From: a virus
Lineage: Duplodnaviria; Caudoviricetes
Virus record (IMG/VR): IMGVR_UViG_3300014204_000146
Coordinates: 26,592 to 90,591 of that record
Direction: 5' to 3' (one strand)
DNA: 64,000 nt
Shown here: positions 50,405 through 59,615 of the stretch, piece by piece
Layout: every line of letters begins with the position of its first letter
Position numbering within the stretch: position 1 is the first letter of the stretch
Notes under the pieces: model-generated
What the model saw: the letters and a program-made list of their open reading frames with translations, nothing else
What the model was told of the DNA's origin: nothing
Databases searched by the model: none
Translations under genes and position numbers: made by a program

Positions 50405-51205
50405 AAGACAAAGAAACCTGGTCTCCGAAACTTTAGATTTCGATTTACCAGGTATCAATAGCTTGAGCTTTAGGTATTACTTGCGAGCTGCACCCGAATA
50501 CTCAGTAACAGCTCATTGCCCGATTCACGGGGTATCTAAAACAAAATGGTATCCGACAATAATTATACGCCGGAATAAATCGACAGCGGGTTCGCGGATT
50601 ACACGCGATAATCTTTCGTAGAACCGTCGCTGGTTCTCGTATTAGCGCCTATACGCTCCGCCAAATTTAAATAACCTTCTTCGAGCTTTCCGCTTACGCG
50701 CGGTAGAAATCAAAAAAGGATAAAATATCGGTCTAACAGTTGACTGAGTTTCGAAGTCTCAGTTGGTCTATTTCTGCCGACCCTAATGGCTACTCAGCTT
50801 ACCCTCCGTTGCAACGGGATAGACCAGGCTCACCTTTTGCGATTTTAAATAGGCGGTCTCTAACTCTTCCGGGAAAGGAAGATTAGACCGCTTTTGTTTT
50901 GATGCAGCAAACCCTTCTCGTCAACTAAAGCAGAGACGCGAGGCGACTCCTTATCAGTCGATAAGAAGAGAAGCGCTTAACATCCTCTCTCAGAATATCC
51001 ACCCGAAGTCGGTTTGAACCAAGGGTTTCTTTCCACAAACGATGTTTTTTTCCACATAAAAATCTCCCAGGTAAATAAATTTTAAAACAATAAGATTGGG
51101 ATATTTAGATGACCTCTTGTTTTTTACTTTGACAGCCGGATTTCTCAGGGCTGTTTCGCTTAATATGTGGTTAAGACCACAACCTTTGTCATATATCCCT
51201 ATACA
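50405..51205 (-). ncRNA. candidate large structured non-coding RNA (~800 nt)
   Basis: No credible ORF; many stem-loops and multibranch helices; sigma70 promoter at the 5' end; hairpin plus U-rich tract at the 3' end. Confidence 0.6.
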
Positions 51206-51210
51206 CTGTA

Positions 51211-51239
51211 AGTATGCCCGAAAATTGCTATTTTTGCAA
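51211..51239 (-). promoter_or_regulatory. sigma70-type promoter facing the ncRNA and virion operon
   Basis: TTGCAA-N17-CATACT on the minus strand. Confidence 0.65.
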
Positions 51240-51592
51240 GTTTATTTTTTTCTATAACATAAGTAATAATAACTACTTATAAAATCAGCATAAAATATAT
51301 TTAAAATATCCTTTAATTTGTTCCTGCGGAGCCCTGAATTTTAAGAAAAGAAAAAGAAAGAACCAAAGAAAAAGAAAAGAATTATATGTATCTATATGCT
51401 GTTTATATATAATATACTACTTCGTAGAACTCAAACCCTAAATAAACAGGGTTCGAGTTCGGCTTATTTATTTATGATTAACAGCAAAAACAAACCATTT
51501 ATCTTTATTATAACTCATTTATATTCAATTATTTATGCTTGATTTGTCTGACAGAATTAGACCCACCTACCCTCATTTCCAATTTATTTATA

Positions 51593-52034
51593 GTTAGATT
51601 CAAATCTAACATTATCTAAGTAGCTACATTGTAACATGTTGGGTTTAGTTAGATTCATTATCTTGTTTTAATGGTGGAAAAAAGTCAAGTTAGATTCTCA
51701 ATCTAACCTATTTAACTATTTTATTTTCAACATGTTAGATTTGTTAGATTCTCGATTAATTCATAAATAAATAATTTCGTTAAAGATAATACAATAAATC
51801 TATATAAATGCTTTAAATACAATGAGTTGGGTTTAGTTAGATTGTTCGATTTTAATTCATAAATAAATAATTTAATGCCCGAAACACCATTTCATAAATA
51901 AATTGGAAATCATTTTATAAATAAACAGATAAATAAATTATCATTTATTTATAAAACCAGGCAAATTTATGTTAGATTCAAATCTAACATTATCTAACTC
52001 ATTGCGAGACTAATCGGTTAGGTCTTGTTAGATT
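51593..52034. repeat. GTTAGATT repeat/palindrome array in AT-rich DNA (origin- or operator-like)
   Basis: 8 forward copies (51593, 51648, 51689, 51734, 51743, 51836, 51971, 52027) and 3 reverse AATCTAAC copies; interspersed ATAAATAAAT. Confidence 0.8.
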
Positions 52035-52648
52035 CTCGATTAATACAGTTAGCCAGTAATTTAAGCTAAAATAACCCAGATACATTATTTATAAGAGCTA
52101 CAGGCAGCAGGTTTCTCGGTCAGGCTCCCATAAACAAAGAATAAGACGTCCATAATGCTAAAAATAACCCTCCGGGAATATACAGAAAAGAAGGAAGATA
52201 AAATATAGATATAAAACAATGCAGGACAGGTGGATGATAGATATTTATTTATAAGATGACGAGCACGAAAAATATATCGTTGGAAAAACACCGTAGTAGT
52301 TCCGTGAAAAAACCCGGCGCGCTTGCTAAAAGTTACCTGCCGGGATAGGGTAAGTCTTTGTATTGTATAGGGTTATAAAAAAAAGAGGCTGTCTTCATTT
52401 CATAAATAAATAGCAATTTATTAGTATAATGGCAGGTGCGCAAAACGCGCCTTTCTTTTGGAAAGCATAACAAACTTTTTACAAGTTTAACATAAATTAA
52501 TTATACTCTGCTGTTCTCTTGTTTGTATGTATCCTGTCCGGCTTCCTTTCCCTTCGTTTATCCTTTTTCTTATTGTGTTATTATAGGCAAGAAAAAAGGC
52601 GCTGTCCTTGTGTATCTTGGAAGCGCCTTTCCCGGCTGTCTTGTGCTT

Positions 52649-52891
52649 TTACTTATGAAAGAAGTTTACTTGTACTTTCTCATACTTTCCTAAAATCGAA
52701 GTTTCCCCTTCAAACGTGGTTATGCGATGCCCGGATTTTAAAGTCTCTGTCCTTGTGGTTATGCGCTCCACGTTGTGAAAGTTGACAGTTAAAGAGCGGT
52801 AAGTGTCTTCTTTGTTAGCATACTCTAAAACGTTGGCTTCTTTTACTTTCCCCTTTCCATAGTCTTTGAGTGTTTTTATAGGTGTTTTCAT
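52649..52891 (-). CDS. early hypothetical protein
   Basis: AAAGGGGA RBS; promoter at 52942-52969. Confidence 0.6.
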   Translation of the reverse strand: MKTPIKTLKDYGKGKVKEANVLEYANKEDTYRSLTVNFHNVERITTRTETLKSGHRITTFEGETSILGKYEKVQVNFFHK

Positions 52892-52941
52892 TGTATCCCC
52901 TTTCTTTTGCCTGTTTATAATCCCATTCTCCTGTCAATTAA

Positions 52942-52969
52942 AGTATAGCATATTTTAAGCTTTTGTCAA
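52942..52969 (-). promoter_or_regulatory. sigma70 promoter
   Basis: TTGACA...TGCTATACT. Confidence 0.75.
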
Positions 52970-52980
52970 GTCAAAACAAC

Positions 52981-53014
52981 AAAAAAGCCGGGAAAGGGGA
53001 TTCCCGGCTTTTGT
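52981..53014 (-). terminator. intrinsic terminator (possibly bidirectional)
   Basis: AAAAGCCGGGAA/TTCCCGGCTTTT with flanking U-runs. Confidence 0.8.
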
Positions 53015-53040
53015 CCGCTATGCTGTAAAATAGCGCTCTG

Positions 53041-53553
53041 TTATACTTCGTTTTCTTTGTATCTTTCAAGGTATGGAGTGACAGCGGAAACGGCTTTCAA
53101 GTCCATGCTTTCAAAGGCTTCCAGCGCCTTTCCTATAACACAAGAAGCTTGACAGCGCGCGCTTTGTATAAAACTGGAATTATCCCTTTTGGCTGTCTCT
53201 TTGTCAAAGTCCGTAATTGTATCTTTTAATTTATCATACAGCGCTTTTACTTGTACAAAGTCTTTCCCCTCTTCACTGTCAAGCTTTGTTTCAAAGTCAA
53301 TTCTTTCTTGTACCTTGTCAAGAAAATCCTGTACTGTTGTAAAGTAAAATAATTCAAAAGTCTTGTCTCTTTCCCCGTTTTCCCAAGTATTGAGAATAGT
53401 TTTTTTCCCGCTTCCATAATCCGGCTGTTTTTCTGTATACGCATGAAACCCGGCGCGCTGGAGCGCTTTCGTTAAGAAAGACAAGCGCTTGTATTTTGTA
53501 CACTGTTTCCCGGCTTCGAGCATTTTCTTTAGTCTTTCAATACGTTTATTCAT
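53041..53553 (-). CDS. early hypothetical protein
   Basis: AAGGGGA RBS. Confidence 0.65.
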   Translation of the reverse strand: MNKRIERLKKMLEAGKQCTKYKRLSFLTKALQRAGFHAYTEKQPDYGSGKKTILNTWENGERDKTFELFYFTTVQDFLDKVQERIDFETKLDSEEGKDFVQVKALYDKLKDTITDFDKETAKRDNSSFIQSARCQASCVIGKALEAFESMDLKAVSAVTPYLERYKENEV

Positions 53554-53573
53554 GCTTTCCCCTTTCCTTTCTC

Positions 53574-53999
53574 TTATTGTGGAAAATCTACTTTTTCAAG
53601 ATGACTTTCAAGCGCGTTCGGCGCTGTATTAAGCAGCTGGAGACTTTCTTTTTGCAAAACATAGTCAATCAATTGTTTTTTGTCTTCTTCTGTTACTGTC
53701 AAGGCTGTCAAGGTTTTTTCACTGTACCGGGAAGCTTCTTTTATAAGTTTTTTTATCCCGGAAAAAACAAGGAAACTTTCTGTTGTGTATCCCAAAGGAA
53801 AGAAGCTGTCCGGCGCGCGTTTTGTTTGTGTTATTGGAGTAACAGAAAGATAAAATCCGCGCGCGCTTCTTTGTCCAGATAAATAAGAAAGTCCGCCTTC
53901 CGTGTAGTATACTTCGATTTTCAAAAACTTTGTCTCTTCTTCCGGCTGGCTGGCGCTTCTTGTAAGTTGTAACAGCTCAATAACCTTTCCGCGTTTCAT
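53574..53999 (-). CDS. early hypothetical protein
   Basis: AAGGGGA RBS. Confidence 0.65.
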   Translation of the reverse strand: MKRGKVIELLQLTRSASQPEEETKFLKIEVYYTEGGLSYLSGQRSARGFYLSVTPITQTKRAPDSFFPLGYTTESFLVFSGIKKLIKEASRYSEKTLTALTVTEEDKKQLIDYVLQKESLQLLNTAPNALESHLEKVDFPQ

Positions 54000-54021
54000 G
54001 TTTTCCCCTTTCTTTTGTGTT

Positions 54022-54297
54022 TCAGTTTATCCAGATAAATTTTCCGTAATACGGGAAAAAGTTACCGTCCCGGAAAATCTCAAAACGTAAGCTTTTATCT
54101 TTCGCGCTGTACAAAGTCAAAGAAGCCGGATTATACGCATTGCCTAAGTTGTGATACAAAACGGACAGTTTTTTGTAAGTTTTCGGACAGCTTGCAAGAG
54201 ACTTTTTGACTATTAGAAGCGCTTGTCTTTCTCTTCCGCTTGTCTCTGTTATTGTGACTTTGACTTCTTTGTTTTTATTGACTTTCACGCATAACAT
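54022..54297 (-). CDS. early hypothetical protein
   Basis: AAAGGGGA RBS. Confidence 0.55.
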   Translation of the reverse strand: MLCVKVNKNKEVKVTITETSGRERQALLIVKKSLASCPKTYKKLSVLYHNLGNAYNPASLTLYSAKDKSLRFEIFRDGNFFPYYGKFIWIN

Positions 54298-54415
54298 GTT
54301 ATTTTCCCTTTCTTTTAGATAAAAGCTGTCAAGTCTTTTTTGTAGTATACCGCATAGAAGAGGCTTTCCGGCTGCCTTCTTGAAAATAGTTGTTTTAAGA
54401 GCTTAAAAAGTTTTA

Positions 54416-54562
54416 TCATAGCATTTTACAAGCTTTGAGCGCGGAAAGCTCTGAAAGCTCTTTTAAGTCAATAAGCTTGAGCTTATACGCGCTTTCTAAG
54501 GTCAATTTCCCTTCGATTATAGAGCTTAAAACCGCTTGCTTTTGTAAGTCTTTTGTAAGCAT
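54416..54562 (-). CDS. small early protein (48 aa)
   Basis: Manual translation MLTKDLQKQAVL...; GAGG RBS; promoter at 54604-54632. Confidence 0.5.
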   Translation of the reverse strand: MLTKDLQKQAVLSSIIEGKLTLESAYKLKLIDLKELSELSALKACKML

Positions 54563-54599
54563 TTTACCCTCTTTTTTTGGTGTATCCTCTTTCCCTTAG

Positions 54600-54998
54600 T
54601 TATAGTATAGCATGAAAGGCGCGCCTTGTCAAGTTTATTTTCTTGTATATTTTAGTATCCTGAAAAAGCTCCACAATTGCAAGCGCTCCAGCTGTACCGG
54701 ATACACCAATAAACCCAAGTCTTTTAATTTTCTTTAAAGTTTTGGCTGTACTTTGTTTTTTACATAGTTTTAAACTGTCCTTTTGTACGTTATAAATTTT
54801 CTTTTTATTGACTTTTACCACGTACAAAAACGGCGCGCCAAAAAAGAAAGTCTCTGTCTTCTTTCTGTCCTTGTAAAAGTACAAGCGCGGAAAGCTTGAC
54901 AAAGAAGCGCTGTACTCTGTCCAGCTGTTACAGCCAAAAAAAGCCGTTTTGAGCTTGTTTTCTGTTATATTTTCTCTTGAATAATGATATAAAAGCAT
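54600..54998 (-). CDS. early protein, possibly ADP-ribosyltransferase-like
   Basis: LYHYS...RLYFY...E..F.G...Y pattern; start moved to MLLYHYS. Confidence 0.45.
   Translation of the reverse strand: MLLYHYSRENITENKLKTAFFGCNSWTEYSASLSSFPRLYFYKDRKKTETFFFGAPFLYVVKVNKKKIYNVQKDSLKLCKKQSTAKTLKKIKRLGFIGVSGTAGALAIVELFQDTKIYKKINLTRRAFHAIL
54604..54632 (-). promoter_or_regulatory. sigma70 promoter
   Basis: TTGACA-N17-TATACT with extended TG. Confidence 0.75.
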
Positions 54999-55014
54999 TA
55001 TACGCGCCTTTCTT

Positions 55015-55395
55015 TTATGCTGTCCAGCTTTCCAGAAAATAGAAGTATTTGCTTGAATAAATAGTACAGCCATTATACAAGGAAAGAAGCTTTTTTATAG
55101 CTTCTTTAAAAAGCTTTTTTTCGGTTTTATCAAAGCTCAAAGTTTTACGCATTTTTAAAGTCTCAATCTTATTTATACCGGAAAAAATAAAGGCGCTGTC
55201 CGTTTGTGTATCAATAAAGAAGAGCGCTTCTTGTTTGTATTGTATCCGTATTTTCTCAAAGTCCGCTTGTGTTAAGATAAAAGAGAAGTTGACTTGTTTT
55301 AAATAATCGTAAAAAAGCTGTCCGCTTCCGCTCTTCCAAAGTCCACGTATACTGCTTTTTTTCTCTTTTGTTTGTGGAATAAATACTTTTATCAT
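55015..55395 (-). CDS. early hypothetical protein
   Basis: GAAAGG RBS; promoter at 55421-55449. Confidence 0.6.
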   Translation of the reverse strand: MIKVFIPQTKEKKSSIRGLWKSGSGQLFYDYLKQVNFSFILTQADFEKIRIQYKQEALFFIDTQTDSAFIFSGINKIETLKMRKTLSFDKTEKKLFKEAIKKLLSLYNGCTIYSSKYFYFLESWTA

Positions 55396-55420
55396 TTTAA
55401 ACCTTTCTTTTGTCAATAGA

Positions 55421-55492
55421 AGTATACAGCATAAAGCGCCTTTTGTCAAGTTTTTTTATTTTCTTGACTATTTTCGGCGCTTGTGTTATACT
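55421..55492. promoter_or_regulatory. back-to-back divergent sigma70 promoters
   Basis: Minus strand TTGACA-N17-TATACT (55449-55421); plus strand TTGACT-N17-TATACT (55464-55492). Confidence 0.75.
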
Positions 55493-55756
55493 TAAAATGA
55501 AACCATGCTCTTTTGACTTGTGTTTTTTGTAAAGTTACACTTTCGAAAAAACTTTATAAAGTCCTTTCCGAAGTTTCAAAACTTAAAAAAAAACTTTAGA
55601 AAGTCTATGTAAAAGTTTTTAAGAAGTTGAGCAGGGGAGAGGCTCTTAAAAGTTTTTAAAGAAGAAAGAAGCTTCTACTATATGGACTTAAAAAATTCGC
55701 CAATGGAATTTTGACTTTCTATTATATAAGAACAACAAAATATTTTTGATATTTTC

Positions 55757-55784
55757 TTGACAAAATAAAATTTTGTGTTATACT
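55757..55784 (+). promoter_or_regulatory. sigma70 promoter
   Basis: TTGACA-N16-TATACT with extended TG, followed by AAGGAGG. Confidence 0.7.
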
Positions 55785-55804
55785 TAAAATGAAAGGAGGT
55801 TATT

Positions 55805-55945
55805 ATGACAGTAAAAGAGAAGGAAGAATATCTATTTAAAATTGTCAGGAGAGCTTTATCTTGGTGGGGTGTTAAAAAGTTAACAAAAGCGCAAGAGGCT
55901 CAATTGGCGGATTTAATAATGCTGGAATTGTTCGATATTAAATAA
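55805..55945 (+). CDS. small early protein (46 aa)
   Basis: AAAGGAGGT RBS; manual translation MTVKEKEEYLF... Confidence 0.6.
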   Translation: MTVKEKEEYLFKIVRRALSWWGVKKLTKAQEAQLADLIMLELFDIK

Positions 55946-56056
55946 AGTATCAAACAAAAATGCGCCGGGTATATGGTATGTGCTATGGAAATTATGGAAG
56001 TCTCTATATTATAAAAAACAAAGAGAGATTATTTATTCATTGAAGAAAGGTATATC

Positions 56057-56620
56057 ATGACTGAATTTTTAAAATACGGCTCATGGTACAAGGACAGCCA
56101 CGCGAAGCTCAAGACAAAATACGGCGCTGATATTCAGCTGATTGCCGGGCTGATTGCCTCTTGTTCTCCACAAACTCCGCTTCATAGGAATTTATTGGTT
56201 GCTGAAAGTATATATACTGATTTTAAAGCCTCCCCGGAAGCCTTCCTCAAGCTTTTAAAAAACAAAACAAAGTTTTATCGCAAATATGGGCTTTTTAAAC
56301 CGCATTATAATAACATCAAAAAGGTTGTTTTCTGTCAATATTTTCCGGGGCTTAAACTGTCCGGGAACAAAGTCAATAGTTTTTATCAGAATCTTATAGG
56401 CAATTACAATGCAGTTACGATTGACAGTTGGATGTGCCAATATTTTAAAATTGAAAATAACCATATTCCTAAAGCCATATATGAGAAGCTCGCGGAAGTC
56501 ATAAGAGCGAGCGCTAAAAAGTTGGAATTGTTTCCGGCTGAATTACAAGCTATAATATGGACGAAGACAAGAGCCGAAGCCGGGGAGCTTCCGCTTTCTT
56601 TCAGTGATTTATTAAACTAA
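56057..56620 (+). CDS. HhH-glycosylase-fold-like phage protein
   Basis: IASCSPQ, LSGNKVNSFYQNL.G...VTIDSW, ELQAIIW. Confidence 0.6.
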   Translation: MTEFLKYGSWYKDSHAKLKTKYGADIQLIAGLIASCSPQTPLHRNLLVAESIYTDFKASPEAFLKLLKNKTKFYRKYGLFKPHYNNIKKVVFCQYFPGLKLSGNKVNSFYQNLIGNYNAVTIDSWMCQYFKIENNHIPKAIYEKLAEVIRASAKKLELFPAELQAIIWTKTRAEAGELPLSFSDLLN

Positions 56621-56634
56621 AAGGAGCGTCTCCT

Positions 56635-56820
56635 ATGTATATCCGCGCCGTTATTGCTCAAGCTGGAGAAAAAATAAAAGCCATAAAGAAAGTAACCGGA
56701 AACAAAACCAGGGCAGTTTTACTTTTTCAAGGTAGTAAAATAATTGTAATGACCGCCGACCAGGGCAAAAACATTTTTTGCGATATACAGCGCGCAAATA
56801 TGTTTATGCGGAGGGTGTAA
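56635..56820 (+). CDS. hypothetical protein
   Basis: AAGGAG RBS. Confidence 0.55.
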   Translation: MYIRAVIAQAGEKIKAIKKVTGNKTRAVLLFQGSKIIVMTADQGKNIFCDIQRANMFMRRV

Positions 56821-56822
56821 AA

Positions 56823-57323
56823 ATGAAAATATATCCTATAATCCCCATAGTTGATTATGCTAATACAATTGCCGTAAGCGGAGACGAATCTATTAATAAG
56901 TTTTATAATAATATAAGACTTATTAATAAAAAAGATGAATTTAACGGCGTATGTTTCAATTACGCATTGAATAATTATAGTCTTGGGTCTTGTGAAGACA
57001 GCATTGATATTTTATTGCAAGATTATATTCCCATTGCTTTTGAAGATATTCAGTCGGGGGATATTGTTAGTTATCACAAGGACGAAGAAAAAGAAGATAT
57101 TTATACAAAAGGAAGTAATACAGTCCTGGATGAAGACGAAAAAGAGGTGCTGAGAATTACCGCGAATCATTTTGGGGTTGTGGTGGAGACCTCTCCAGAG
57201 CTGTACAATGTTAGAATAAAAAGTAAATGGGGCTGGAGCGGTGTATTTGAAGGTAAGATTTTTGAAGTATGTACCTCTTACGGGAGTAAAATTATTTTCT
57301 GGCGCAAGCTTGACAAAGTGTAA
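56823..57323 (+). CDS. papain/NlpC-like fold protein
   Basis: CFNYAL, GDIVSY, HFGVV, KSKWG. Confidence 0.55.
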   Translation: MKIYPIIPIVDYANTIAVSGDESINKFYNNIRLINKKDEFNGVCFNYALNNYSLGSCEDSIDILLQDYIPIAFEDIQSGDIVSYHKDEEKEDIYTKGSNTVLDEDEKEVLRITANHFGVVVETSPELYNVRIKSKWGWSGVFEGKIFEVCTSYGSKIIFWRKLDKV

Positions 57324-57338
57324 TTTATATGCTATACT
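57310..57338 (+). promoter_or_regulatory. sigma70 promoter
   Basis: TTGACA-N17-TATACT with extended TG. Confidence 0.75.
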
Positions 57339-57443
57339 TATAATAGAAGGCGTTGATGAATAGTTTAGTCAGCTATTACAAAACCAGAATAAAGCGAGAC
57401 TATAAACACAAACCTCTGGACTTCTACAAAAGAAAGGTATATC

Positions 57444-57767
57444 GTGAAAGAGCAAATTTTTACAGCTGAGACCGTACAAGAAAAAATCAAAGAGATAAAA
57501 GCCGGGTTGAATTTTCCATATATCGGAATATATGCCAGCGAATTGGGCGGGAAAGAGAATGTTTCAATAATGCTTTCGATTTCTCTGGACAGTCCAGAGA
57601 CTTGGGCGAATCAGATATTTGAAAACAGCCGTTTTGGAAGTTTTGATATATCAAACAATGGAGCGGTTGAAAACTTTACAGCTTGCGGATTTTCCAAAGT
57701 CCGAAAGTTTACCGGGAAGAGTATATCAGATATTATAAACAAACTGAACAAAATCAAAGGAGAATAA
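57444..57767 (+). CDS. hypothetical protein
   Basis: GAAAGG RBS. Confidence 0.6.
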   Translation: MKEQIFTAETVQEKIKEIKAGLNFPYIGIYASELGGKENVSIMLSISLDSPETWANQIFENSRFGSFDISNNGAVENFTACGFSKVRKFTGKSISDIINKLNKIKGE

Positions 57768-57771
57768 CATC

Positions 57772-58383
57772 ATGGAGACAAAAAAGAAAGTTATATATAG
57801 CGCAGATGATTTTGAGCTATCTTCTTCCGAGCCTGTACACAACACGGTAAGCGTAAAAAAGACAAAGGAAGGGTTTGAGGTACGATATTTATTGAATGAT
57901 GACTGCCCGGACAGCCCAAGAGAATGGGATAATCTTGGAAAAATGTTGTGCTTCCACAATAGATATACTTTGGGCGATAAACATGAAGGGCTGAATTCAG
58001 AAGATAAAAATTCTTGGGAAGAGTGGAAAGAATATTTGACAAAAGAATTACATGCGGTTATTATTCTTCCTCTCTATTTATATGACCATTCCGGGCTGTC
58101 CTTAAAGACTTTTAGACATGGACAACATGCTGGATGGGATTGTGGACAGGTCGGCTTCGCATATATCACAAAAGAGCAATTGAAAAAAGAGGGTTTGACA
58201 AAGAAAAAAGCCGAAGCAGTCTTGACTGCCGAGATTGAAACGTATGACCAATATATTCAGGGTGATGTTTATTGTTTGGCAAAGGATACATTTGACAAGG
58301 ACAAAAAACATCTTGACCATGATAAAGTTAGTGGATATTACGGATATGATGAAGCGCTCAAGGCACTTGAAACAGAAATATAA
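57772..58383 (+). CDS. conserved phage/mobile-element hypothetical protein
   Basis: SPREWDNLG, YLYDHSGL, WDCGQVG, E.YDQY..GDVY. Confidence 0.65.
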   Translation: METKKKVIYSADDFELSSSEPVHNTVSVKKTKEGFEVRYLLNDDCPDSPREWDNLGKMLCFHNRYTLGDKHEGLNSEDKNSWEEWKEYLTKELHAVIILPLYLYDHSGLSLKTFRHGQHAGWDCGQVGFAYITKEQLKKEGLTKKKAEAVLTAEIETYDQYIQGDVYCLAKDTFDKDKKHLDHDKVSGYYGYDEALKALETEI

Positions 58384-58392
58384 TTATTTTTC

Positions 58393-58421
58393 TTGACAAA
58401 CAGAGATTTTTATGCTATACT
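58393..58421 (+). promoter_or_regulatory. sigma70 promoter (near-identical to 60549-60577)
   Basis: TTGACAAACAGAGATTTTTATGCTATACT. Confidence 0.8.
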
Positions 58422-58438
58422 TTAAATAGGAGATTAAT

Positions 58439-58585
58439 ATGACTAAAGATAAATTCGGAAGGTTGTGGATAAAACCGAAAGACGAATTATGCCCGGAGTG
58501 CGGACAGCCGGACAATTGTGGAGACTGTAACCATAAGAAAATATCAAATGAAGAAGCTAAAGAATTAGGAGCAATTCCCGGATAA
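58439..58585 (+). CDS. small Cys-rich protein
   Basis: CPECGQPDNCGDC; AGGAG RBS. Confidence 0.55.
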   Translation: MTKDKFGRLWIKPKDELCPECGQPDNCGDCNHKKISNEEAKELGAIPG

Positions 58586-58600
58586 ATAAAGAGGTATAAA

Positions 58601-58792
58601 ATGAAAAAACCAGTAATGGATTTTAATATGAAAACAAAAGAAGAAGCTCGCCAAAAAGCTATTGAATGGCAAAGTTGGCAGAATGAACAAGCTTTTAGTT
58701 TATGTCAAGTAATTGCTTGGGAAAATTATTTTAGAATCATTGGCAAACGGTTTAATTTAATACGAGAGTTTAAAGAAAATTGTATTTTATAG
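58601..58792 (+). CDS. hypothetical protein
   Basis: GAGGT RBS. Confidence 0.6.
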   Translation: MKKPVMDFNMKTKEEARQKAIEWQSWQNEQAFSLCQVIAWENYFRIIGKRFNLIREFKENCIL

Positions 58793-58801
58793 GAGGGAGA
58801 T

Positions 58802-59140
58802 ATGCAGATTTTTAGACTCACAGAGGAAAATATTGACCAGAGTTTAATGACTAAGATTGAAAGTTTGTCTCCCGGCTGTCAATACGTTGTTTATAGATAT
58901 GAAACAGGCTTTTATGATGGGAATGGTGAGCTTATAGGAAAAACAAAAGAAGGGAAGTTTTTCTTTCAAGACATCGGGCATTGCTCTTGGTATTCTCCAG
59001 AGGATAATATTACAGAGAAAACTTTCAAGGAATGTTTTGATACGTTGGAGGAATTATTAATCAAGACTTCGGAAGGCTGGAAACGAGAGTTTTCTCGTAT
59101 TATTGAGAAAGTAAAAGAATTAGAGAGTTTGCAAAATTAA
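58802..59140 (+). CDS. hypothetical protein
   Basis: AGGAGG RBS. Confidence 0.6.
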   Translation: MQIFRLTEENIDQSLMTKIESLSPGCQYVVYRYETGFYDGNGELIGKTKEGKFFFQDIGHCSWYSPEDNITEKTFKECFDTLEELLIKTSEGWKREFSRIIEKVKELESLQN

Positions 59141-59150
59141 GGAGGATATA

Positions 59151-59615
59151 ATGTCACGCGGAAGACCGAAGGGAAGCAAAAACAAGAAAAAAATTGATAT
59201 AGTTGGAGAAGACCAGCAATTGCTCCCCGCTCCTACTTTGTTTTGTGGTACAACAAAACAATTAAAACAAGAGATACGAGCGCTTAAAAAGCTAAAACTG
59301 CAATGCCAGGCAGGAAGCCCGGAGCGTATCAAACTGCATAGGCAGTTACAGAGCTTGAAAAAACAGCTCCAGAGCGCTCCAGTTGCATCTTTACAGGAGC
59401 AATCGCAGCTTTCTATGCCTATAGAAAAACCAGTCAGAGAGCGCGAGGAAATTCATTTTGAAGCGCTCTCTGATGGTGTAACAGCTGGCTGTATATATGA
59501 AAACTATTGTCAGCGAGAGATTGCCCTGACCGGAATAAATAAAGCTTGTCAGAATCCGCTGCATTGTATAAACAAGCTCGCTGGAAAGTGTAAATTGATA
59601 GTCAAAGGAGTATAG
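59151..59615 (+). CDS. AT-hook-like DNA-binding protein with C-terminal Cys cluster
   Basis: N-terminal RGRPKGSKNKK; AAGGAGG RBS. Confidence 0.55.
   Translation: MSRGRPKGSKNKKKIDIVGEDQQLLPAPTLFCGTTKQLKQEIRALKKLKLQCQAGSPERIKLHRQLQSLKKQLQSAPVASLQEQSQLSMPIEKPVREREEIHFEALSDGVTAGCIYENYCQREIALTGINKACQNPLHCINKLAGKCKLIVKGV

Noticed and set aside
591-50621. Numerous ORF-track calls antisense or out of frame to long genes (e.g. 1345-1620, 4301-4612, 9197-9556, 43568-44020, 48087-48497, 50169-50621)
   Set aside because: They overlap well-supported genes or the structured RNA, and have no RBS or motifs; they are shadows.
50405-51205. tmRNA, RNase P RNA, or group I/II intron
   Set aside because: No tRNA-like GGGG...CCA ends, no recognisable P4 motif, no P7 or domain V consensus, and no interrupted gene.
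51593-52034. CRISPR array
   Set aside because: The repeats are 8-18 nt, irregularly spaced, in both orientations and without uniform spacers; no cas genes.
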